This document shows, one piece after another, positions 57,167 to 64,000 of a DNA stretch of 64,000 nucleotides (the stretch's first letter is position 1; each line of letters opens with the position of its first letter). Made by a program: the position numbers and the translations under genes. Where the stretch lies: NCBI GenBank assembly GCA_022710645.1, contig JAKLGL010000002.1, positions 78,337 through 142,336 of the forward strand. Reading direction: 5' to 3'. This stretch comes from Patescibacteria group bacterium (GTDB lineage Bacteria; Patescibacteriota; Patescibacteriia; Magasanikbacterales; GWA2-37-8). The notes under the pieces were generated by a model. That model saw nothing but the letters and a program-made list of their open reading frames with translations. It searched no databases and had not been told where the DNA came from.

Positions 57167-57796
57167 TTATTTAACCAAAACGGCTTCCAATTGTTCCAAA
57201 CCCAATTTACTGACAATCACAGCTTCTTTGTTGAGCAAATCGGAAACAGTCACGTCTTTGGCGCGAATAGTGTTCAATTTTTTGAGGTTACGACTAATTT
57301 TCACCAAATTTTTATTGCTTTCATCATTGAGCAAAACAAAATTTTTGTTTTTACTCGGTAAATTTTTCAAAAATTCGGCCACCAATTTTGTTTTCGGTTC
57401 GACAAAATTAAAATCTTCAACCACATAAAAAGCGTTGTTTTGAGCTTTATCGGTCAAACACATTTTTACCGCTAAACGTCTGGTGTTTTTATTTATTTTC
57501 ATTTTCCAATTACGTTCCGATGTCGGACCGAAAGTCACACCACCGCCGCTCCAAATCGGAGAACGAGAAGATCCGTGACGAGCGCGACCAGTGCCTTTTT
57601 GAGCCCATGGTTTTTTACCGCCACCTCTGACATCGCCTCTGGTTTTGGTATGAGCGATAGATTCGCGAGCATTGCTGCTTTGCGCCACATAAACTTGGTG
57701 AACAACGGCCGGTTTTACTTCAACGTTAAATACGGCATCATTTAATTCAACGGCACCGATTTCTTTTCCTGAAAGATTATAAACTGCTGTTTTCAT
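57167..57796 (-). CDS. rplD: 50S ribosomal protein L4.
   Basis: Cluster position and motif. Confidence 0.85.
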   Translation of the reverse strand: MKTAVYNLSGKEIGAVELNDAVFNVEVKPAVVHQVYVAQSSNARESIAHTKTRGDVRGGGKKPWAQKGTGRARHGSSRSPIWSGGGVTFGPTSERNWKMKINKNTRRLAVKMCLTDKAQNNAFYVVEDFNFVEPKTKLVAEFLKNLPSKNKNFVLLNDESNKNLVKISRNLKKLNTIRAKDVTVSDLLNKEAVIVSKLGLEQLEAVLVK

Positions 57797-57810
57797 ATAA
57801 ATTCAAATAT

Positions 57811-58509
57811 TTAAGCGTTGTTTTCAGCCGGAGTTTCCTCTGCGACGCTTGCTGATTTAACTTCGACCTCTGCATTTTTTTTGCTGATTTTCAAATCGCC
57901 GTTTCCTTGCAAAATCAAAAATCCATTGCGACCTCCCGGTACGGCTCCTTTAATATATAAAATATTTTCCTGCGGATTAACTTCTACAATTTCCAAATTT
58001 TTTATCGTAACTTGTTCGCCGCCCATACGTCCGCCCATGCGCATGCCTTTAAAAACTCTTTGCACGCCACCGGCGCCGATAGAACCCGGCATTCTCAAGT
58101 TATCTTTATGACCATGAGAAGCTGGACCTCCGCGAAAATGATGTCTTTTAACCACACCGGCAAAACCGCGTCCTTTGGAAAAACCAATAACATCGATAAT
58201 ATCTCCGGCGGTAAAAGTCTCGGCGGTTATCAAATCCCCTTTTTCAATACCGTCTGTTTTTTCTACGGCAAAATCTTTCAAAAAGCGAACACTTTGCAAA
58301 CCTTTCAAATGACCGGCTTGCGGTTTGCTTAAGCGAAATTCTTTTTTATCGCCAAAACCAACCTGTAAAGCTTTTTGATTGTCTTTGCTTCCGTCCTTTA
58401 CTTGTACTACAACACAGGGACCGGCTTGAATTTTGGTAACCGGAACCATTTCGCCGCTCGGTAAAAATACCTGCGACATCTCCATTTTTTGTCCTAAAAT
58501 AAATTTCAT
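57811..58509 (-). CDS. rplC: 50S ribosomal protein L3 with a C-terminal extension.
   Basis: MKFILGQKMEMSQVF. Confidence 0.9.
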   Translation of the reverse strand: MKFILGQKMEMSQVFLPSGEMVPVTKIQAGPCVVVQVKDGSKDNQKALQVGFGDKKEFRLSKPQAGHLKGLQSVRFLKDFAVEKTDGIEKGDLITAETFTAGDIIDVIGFSKGRGFAGVVKRHHFRGGPASHGHKDNLRMPGSIGAGGVQRVFKGMRMGGRMGGEQVTIKNLEIVEVNPQENILYIKGAVPGGRNGFLILQGNGDLKISKKNAEVEVKSASVAEETPAENNA

Positions 58510-58929
58510 AATAAATAAATGTCATAGGCCTCTCGTTTCGGGTTAAAACGAGGTGCTTAACAAAAAAACTAGAAGCGCTAACATCGATATTTCTATCATC
58601 AATGATACTGCTTCTAGCCCTTTTTCTGCGTACCCTCTTTCAATATCGCAGGAAACCCTTTTTAAAAAGAGTCTTTGGCTTTTTACAATACATTTATTTT
58701 TGTTAGCGTTTTCCTTTCTTTTTGCATTATCGATTCTTTTGCCTAAAGGTTTTTGTCAGCTTTGAGCTGAACAATCTTATTTAGTTAAAGATTCAATAAT
58801 AAATTTTTTCCCATCCTAAGTCATTTTTTGACTTTTGTCAACCCGTCTTCGTTTATTTTTAAAATTCAAACGGATAAGGAAAATTAAATTTCTCGGGAAA
58901 AATATTTTTTTGTTGTAAACAAACTTCTT
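58510..58929 (-). promoter_or_regulatory. Unusual 420-nt structured spacer between rpsJ and rplC. It contains a minus-strand promoter (TTGACA-17-TAGGAT near 58818-58846), an 8-bp-stem hairpin followed by a T-run (58561-58620), and a 7-bp hairpin about 20 nt before the rplC ATG.
   Basis: Minus-strand reading: ...gggTTGACAaaagtcaaaaaatgactTAGGAT..., then gctagaagc...gcttctag+ttttttt, then cctcgttt-taacccg-aaacgagagg. Confidence 0.4.
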
Positions 58930-59271
58930 TTACATTTTAATTTCCACGTCTACACCTGAAGGCAAATTGAGACTCATCAAAGCATCAATGCATTTGGCGG
59001 AGGCGTCCAAGATATCAATCAAACGTTTATGAATGCGCATTTCGTACTGTTCACGAGCGTCTTTATGCACAAAAGTGGAACGGTTGACGGTAAATTTATT
59101 CACTTCGGTTGGAAGCGGTACCGGACCGACGACTTTGGCATCATTGCGCTCTGCAGTTTCGATAATGGTCTTGGTTGCTTGATCAATAATCTTATTGTCG
59201 TAAGCGCGAATTTTGATTCTGATTCTGCTTACTTCGGCGTGTTTCTTAATTGTCAGATTTTTTTCTGTCAT
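58930..59271 (-). CDS. rpsJ: 30S ribosomal protein S10.
   Basis: RIRIKIRAYD. Confidence 0.9.
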   Translation of the reverse strand: MTEKNLTIKKHAEVSRIRIKIRAYDNKIIDQATKTIIETAERNDAKVVGPVPLPTEVNKFTVNRSTFVHKDAREQYEMRIHKRLIDILDASAKCIDALMSLNLPSGVDVEIKM

Positions 59272-59336
59272 GTTATTAACATTAAAGAACTTTATAGCTT
59301 AAGGGGGCGCAATCACTTGCACCCCCTTAACTATAA

Positions 59337-60527
59337 TTATTTAATAATTTTTGTTACTACACCGGAACCAACGGTACGACCACCTTCGCGAATAGCGAAG
59401 TTCATTTTGTCTTCCATAGCAACCGGTTTGATAAGTTTAACAGTAAAGTTAACAGTATCTCCAGGCATAACCATTTCTGTGCCGGCAGGCAAAGTGACTT
59501 CACCGGTAACATCAGTAGTTCTGATATAGAACTGTGGTTTGTAACCGTTGAAGAAAGGTTTGTGACGACCGCCTTCTTCTTGTTTGAGCACGTAAACTTG
59601 AGCTTCATATTCGGTATGAGGAGTGATGGAGCCAGGTTTGGCCAAAACCATACCTCTTTCTACATCTTCCTTTTTTGTACCGCGAAGCAACAATCCGGCG
59701 TTATCTCCAGCTTGACCTTCTTTCAATTGTTTATTAAACATTTCAATACCGGTAATCACGGTTTTGGAAGTTTCTTCTTTCAAACCGACGATTTCAACTT
59801 CATCATTGATATGAACGGAACCGCGACCGATACGACCGGTAACTACAGTACCGCGACCTTCAATAGAGAATACATCTTCGATAGGCATCAAAAACGGTTT
59901 ATCAACATCGCGAGTAGGAGTCGGAATATATTCATCAACGGCTTTCATCAAATCCAATACGCATTTTGAAGCAGCTTCATCGCTAGGATTTTGCAAAGCT
60001 TTCAAAGCGGAACCGCGAATGATAGGAGTGGTATCTCCAGGGAAATTATATTTTTTGAGCAAATCACGAACTTCGGCTTCCACCAAATCAATCAATTCCG
60101 GATCGGTAACTTGATCAACTTTATTTAAAAAGACAACGATATACGGCACACCTACTTGACGAGCAAGCAAAATGTGTTCGCGAGTCTGAGGCATAGGACC
60201 GTCAGCAGCGGAAACAACAAGAATAGCACCGTCCATTTGAGCGGCACCAGTAATCATGTTTTTCACATAGTCAGCATGACCAGGACAGTCAACGTGAGCA
60301 TAGTGACGAGCATCAGTTTCGTATTCTACATGAGCTGTAGAAATGGTAATACCGCGAGCTTTTGATTCTGGAGCTTTGTCCAAATCATCCACGCCCTTAT
60401 TTTGAGCGGTCATGCCATGTGCAGTTAAAACTGACAAAATAGCAGCGGTAAGAGTAGTCTTACCGTGGTCGACGTGGCCAATAGTACCAACGTTGACGTG
60501 TGGCTTGCTTCGTACGAATTCAGCCAT
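59337..60527 (-). CDS. tuf: Elongation factor Tu.
   Basis: [14 protein letters not shown], 396 aa. A hairpin lies between tuf and rpsJ at 59290-59320. Confidence 0.95.
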   Translation of the reverse strand: MAEFVRSKPHVNVGTIGHVDHGKTTLTAAILSVLTAHGMTAQNKGVDDLDKAPESKARGITISTAHVEYETDARHYAHVDCPGHADYVKNMITGAAQMDGAILVVSAADGPMPQTREHILLARQVGVPYIVVFLNKVDQVTDPELIDLVEAEVRDLLKKYNFPGDTTPIIRGSALKALQNPSDEAASKCVLDLMKAVDEYIPTPTRDVDKPFLMPIEDVFSIEGRGTVVTGRIGRGSVHINDEVEIVGLKEETSKTVITGIEMFNKQLKEGQAGDNAGLLLRGTKKEDVERGMVLAKPGSITPHTEYEAQVYVLKQEEGGRHKPFFNGYKPQFYIRTTDVTGEVTLPAGTEMVMPGDTVNFTVKLIKPVAMEDKMNFAIREGGRTVGSGVVTKIIK

Positions 60528-60761
60528 ATTGGTTAACTTAAATCGTGCGGCACTTTCCCCGAGTGGTCGGGATAAGAGTTTTGTAATCCAACCGCGAAAA
60601 AAATTTTAAATAAAAAATGTTATCAAACAACAGCCCATAACCGTTTATTTGGTTAACAGCTGTTTTTTAATAGCTTTTGCATTATAGCAGGTATTTTTAA
60701 TTTTGGCAAGAGGCTAATGTGGACATTTTGTGCATAAATTAGCCACCGTTTAATTTTGATA

Positions 60762-61346
60762 TTATTCAACCGGTTCCAAATAAAACCTTTCCTCTTCTTC
60801 GGGAATATCATTAAGATTTTCTTCTCCAAAAAAACCGTTATTATAAAACTCCTGGTCCGGATCATTTTTTTTGCGTAATTTCTGCTCAAAATCCTCTTTT
60901 TTGACATCTCGACGGCGAGAAACTACATCCTGAGAGGTTAAGACATCTTTCAAAGAAACTAAACCCGGTCCAAGATTGTTTTTTCGCTCAGTTCTGCTAA
61001 AATTTATTTCTGGTTGGTTGTTTTTTCTATCTTCATTGATAAGCTGTTCCAAAGCCCGGTTGATGCTCTTTTTTTCTTTATTTTTACGCAAAATCTCCTC
61101 AAATTCTTCATATTTTTTCTTTTCTTCTTGCAGAGAATGCCAGAAAGCTATTTCTTTGTTTACTTTTTCAAGCATTTCATCTTCATTCAAATTTGCAATT
61201 TGATGATGGGTGCCAGAAGTAAGTTTTTCATATTCAGAAGCCGGTAAAATAACATACAAATCCCCGTTTTCTCCGTCTGCCAAAACACCACGACCATCTG
61301 TTTGACGCAGTAAACGAAATAAATCTTTAAAAACTTTATTAAACAT
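60762..61346 (-). CDS. Orphan charged/coiled-coil protein (194 aa) in the fusA-tuf insertion.
   Basis: ORF with promoter TTGACT-16/17-TAAAAT upstream. Terminator at 60620-60665. Confidence 0.5.
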   Translation of the reverse strand: MFNKVFKDLFRLLRQTDGRGVLADGENGDLYVILPASEYEKLTSGTHHQIANLNEDEMLEKVNKEIAFWHSLQEEKKKYEEFEEILRKNKEKKSINRALEQLINEDRKNNQPEINFSRTERKNNLGPGLVSLKDVLTSQDVVSRRRDVKKEDFEQKLRKKNDPDQEFYNNGFFGEENLNDIPEEEERFYLEPVE

Positions 61347-61563
61347 AGAAATATTGATTTTAAAAGTTTTTTCATTTTAACATTATGTGAAGAAAAGTCA
61401 AGTTTTTCAGCTATTTTGCTAATTTTATTTTTTATGCTAAAATAAAAATGGCTAGAAAAATAGCTTTTTGGCTAATTTTAGCCAAAATAAAGCAAAAAGC
61501 TCTTGACAAAGGTGTCAAACTGTGCTATAATAATATGTTTTATAGCTAATTTAAGAGAAAAAT

Positions 61564-62424
61564 ATGGAAAATTCTTTTCCTCCATACCATGAATTTATAA
61601 AACAAAACAAAAAACCTGAAAAAAAAGATGGTTTTTATATCTCTTCTATAGATCCAGCATCATCGGAGAAATTAAAAATATTAGAAAAGATGGCAGAAGA
61701 AGATATGAAAAAAGCAAAAAAGCCTTTAAAGCCAGCTATGGAATATTCGGAATTTAAAAATAGTGAACTAAAAAAAGGTTATTATCAAAAAATGAAGAGA
61801 TTGTTTTTAGAATATGAAAAATTAACTTCTCCGGAAGAAAAAGAAAGTTTTATAAAAAAAATAATCCAAGAAGAAAAATTAGAATTCAATGACCTATACA
61901 CCACTTGGATGTTTTTGATGGAAATTGAAAAACATAATGAAACTGAATTACTAAAACAAGAAAAGATTGTTGGAGAAACTGAAGGCGGAGGCGAAGTTAT
62001 TGAGGAACAAAAATTGGCAAACTCTTTAAATAATTTTAGAAATTTTTTAATTGATATTTCTAAACAAACCGATTGGATTTCTAAACCTGTAGATTATAAA
62101 GATTATTTAAAAGAAGGTTTTGAAATGGTAGATGGAAAACCAATAAACTTAGAAGATAAACTCGTGTTGGAAAAATTAAAACAAATAGAAAGTTTGGTTG
62201 AAAGTTACGATCCCGGTAGTGCTGATTCTATGAAATTGGTAGAGAAAGGTAAAAAAAATATACAAATAATTAGTAACTACCTAAAAGAAAGTCCTGAAAA
62301 TTTAGTTCAAAATATTTCAAGAGAATCTGACGAAAAAGGAAAGTCATTCTTTGAACAAATTTTAAAATCTCTGGTTACTAAACCTGTTGAAAATAATGAT
62401 TTAAACAATTTAATAACAACTTAA
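61564..62424 (+). CDS. Orphan protein (286 aa) behind a perfect consensus promoter.
   Basis: TTGACA (61503-61508), aaggtgtcaaactgtgc, TATAAT (61526-61531). The promoter is nearly identical to that of paralog B. Confidence 0.5.
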   Translation: MENSFPPYHEFIKQNKKPEKKDGFYISSIDPASSEKLKILEKMAEEDMKKAKKPLKPAMEYSEFKNSELKKGYYQKMKRLFLEYEKLTSPEEKESFIKKIIQEEKLEFNDLYTTWMFLMEIEKHNETELLKQEKIVGETEGGGEVIEEQKLANSLNNFRNFLIDISKQTDWISKPVDYKDYLKEGFEMVDGKPINLEDKLVLEKLKQIESLVESYDPGSADSMKLVEKGKKNIQIISNYLKESPENLVQNISRESDEKGKSFFEQILKSLVTKPVENNDLNNLITT

Positions 62425-62443
62425 AAAATTTAATTTTAAACAT

Positions 62444-62755
62444 ATGAGATTAGGAACATGGAATTTAGATGAGGCCAAAAAAGCCGAAGAAATAAAATTT
62501 TCACAAAAAAGATTAGAAAAACAAAACGCCCTTAAAAATTCAAACAGGGCAGAGCATAAGGATTTAAAAAAACACAGTGTCTTAACTGAACAAAACATAC
62601 GGGATCTAGCAGAAATAAATATCTCAAATCCATTTCTATATGACGATGATGAATTTGAAGGAGAAGGAGAAGGATCAAAAACACAAATTATTTCTCAAGA
62701 AGCATTGGAAGAAAAAGAATTAGAACAAGCAAGAAAAAGAATAGGTAAAGCTTAA
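62444..62755 (+). CDS. Orphan acidic protein (103 aa), probably co-transcribed with the previous gene.
   Basis: 20-nt gap from the upstream ORF. Terminator hairpin at 62762-62790. Confidence 0.45.
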   Translation: MRLGTWNLDEAKKAEEIKFSQKRLEKQNALKNSNRAEHKDLKKHSVLTEQNIRDLAEINISNPFLYDDDEFEGEGEGSKTQIISQEALEEKELEQARKRIGKA

Positions 62756-62808
62756 AAAATAAAAATCTCTCCGTTTTTGCGGAGAGATTTTTTATTTAAC
62801 AAAATGTT

Positions 62809-64000
62809 TTATTTTTGTTTTCCAGAGATGATATTTTGAGCGACATTATTCGGTACTTCGGCATAATGAGAAAATTCCATAGTGGAACTAGCGCGACCCT
62901 GAGTAATGTTGCGTAAATTGGTGGTATAACCAAACATAGAAGCGAGCGGAACAATGGCTTTCACCACTTTGAGTTGTCCGCGTTCAGTCATTTCTTGAAT
63001 TTGACCTCGTTTGGAGTTCAAATCACCGATAACGTCTCCCATGAATTGTTCCGGGGTTAAAACTTCAACTTTCATGATAGGTTCCAAAATAATCGGATTG
63101 GCTTTGCGACACGCATCTTGAAAAGCCATAGAGCCGGCCATTTTGAAAGCAGCTTCGGAAGAATCTACTTCATGATAAGAACCGTCAAAACAAGTAACTT
63201 TGATATCCACTACCGGATAACCTGCTTGCACACCGCGAGTGATGGCTTCTTTGATACCTTTTTCAATGGCCGGAATATATTCGCGAGGAACAACACCGCC
63301 TTTGACAGCATCGACAAATTCAAAGTTACCTTTGGTTTTATCTTCTTGAGGTTCAACACGCAACCAGCAATGACCATATTGACCGCGACCGCCAGATTGT
63401 TTGATATATTTACCTTCGGCTTCGGCGGAATTTTTGATGGTTTCTTTGTAAGCAACTTGTGGAGCGCCGACATTGGCTTCCACTTTAAATTCACGTTTCA
63501 TGCGGTCCACGATAATTTCCAAATGCAACTCACCCATACCTTCGATGATGGTTTGTAAAGTTTCTTCATCAGTATGAACGCGGAAAGTCGGATCTTCTTC
63601 GGTAAGCTTTTGTAAAGCCATACCGATTTTTTCTTGATCAGCTTTGGTTTTCGGTTCAATAGCGATAGAGATAACCGGTTCTGGAAAAGTAATTTTTTCC
63701 AAAACTATAGGTTTGTTTTCATCACAAAGAGTGTCTCCGGTCACCGTATCTTTGAGCCCGATAGCAGCGGCGATTTCACCGGCAAAAACTTCGTTTACAT
63801 CTTCACGATGATTGGCGTGCATACGGACGATACGAGAAATTCTTTCTCTTTCGCCTTTGGTAGAATTGAGCACATATGAACCGGTAGTAACTTTACCGGA
63901 ATAAACACGGAAGAAAATCAAACGACCGACAAAAGGATCGGTAGCAACTTTAAAAGCCAAAGCGGAAAAAGGTTCTTCGTCTTCGGCTTTACGAGACATA
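62809..64000 (-). CDS. fusA: Elongation factor G, C-terminal part. The gene continues beyond the window end.
   Basis: Domains III-V of EF-G: ...[16 protein letters not shown]..., ending SGKQK. Confidence 0.9.
   Translation of the reverse strand, partial: MSRKAEDEEPFSALAFKVATDPFVGRLIFFRVYSGKVTTGSYVLNSTKGERERISRIVRMHANHREDVNEVFAGEIAAAIGLKDTVTGDTLCDENKPIVLEKITFPEPVISIAIEPKTKADQEKIGMALQKLTEEDPTFRVHTDEETLQTIIEGMGELHLEIIVDRMKREFKVEANVGAPQVAYKETIKNSAEAEGKYIKQSGGRGQYGHCWLRVEPQEDKTKGNFEFVDAVKGGVVPREYIPAIEKGIKEAITRGVQAGYPVVDIKVTCFDGSYHEVDSSEAAFKMAGSMAFQDACRKANPIILEPIMKVEVLTPEQFMGDVIGDLNSKRGQIQEMTERGQLKVVKAIVPLASMFGYTTNLRNITQGRASSTMEFSHYAEVPNNVAQNIISGKQK

Noticed and set aside
60530-60610. Possible tRNA upstream of tuf (a tRNA-Thr or tRNA-Trp often precedes tuf).
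   Set aside because: I could not fold either strand into a cloverleaf, with no D-loop or T-loop. I treat the segment as the structured tuf 5' UTR plus promoter. The hairpin at 60620-60665 is the terminator of the upstream ORF.

Overview
This is a low-GC, gene-dense bacterial window, read throughout from the sequence alone. The streamlined ribosomal-protein cluster (rpsJ...rplO-secY-adk-map) has no L30 gene between rpsE and rplO, and S5, S19, L3 and L24 carry unusual tails. Together these suggest a Candidate Phyla Radiation (Patescibacteria)-like genome, but that is inference. Most of the window is conserved housekeeping: dnaE (partial), pheST, rseP, lemA-htpX, a phosphohexomutase, clpC, radA, recG, der, pth, dprA, topA, relA/spoT, parAB, recO, ruvX, the str/S10/spc ribosomal blocks, tuf and fusA (partial). 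Three tRNAs are present (Arg-GCG, Val-CAC, Leu-CAA).

The non-routine signal is in three accessory insertions that interrupt normally contiguous conserved neighbourhoods:

- A ~3.6 kb island between dnaE and pheT (3220-6860). It holds three paralogous small proteins that each share both termini and have variable, GC-richer middles. Each sits in its own cassette: a GC hairpin, a consensus sigma70 promoter and a conserved leader reading ATGGAGAT.AAATG, with a shared terminator in copies A and B (copy C ends in a different 12-bp-stem hairpin). An IS200/IS605-type TnpA and dispersed REP-like CCCCGCTTAGCGGGG hairpins are interleaved. One paralog is interrupted at an A9 tract.
- A ~2.4 kb insertion between dprA and topA. 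It carries a 638-aa orphan protein with a GC-rich 3' end, plus a 56-aa small ORF behind a perfect TTGACA-17-TATAAT promoter.
- A ~2.3 kb insertion of three orphan genes between fusA and tuf. One is driven by a promoter nearly identical to that of island paralog B.

Other observations: tRNA 5'-fragment duplicates next to tRNA-Val and tRNA-Leu, and an inverted pseudo-copy next to tRNA-Arg; a 420-nt structured spacer with a promoter and an intrinsic-terminator hairpin between rpsJ and rplC; an in-frame 7-mer x4 tandem repeat inside recG; AT-rich MITE-like inverted-repeat elements in several intergenic regions; and a GC-rich Cys-containing ORF antisense between radA and recG. No CRISPR array and no rRNA were seen.
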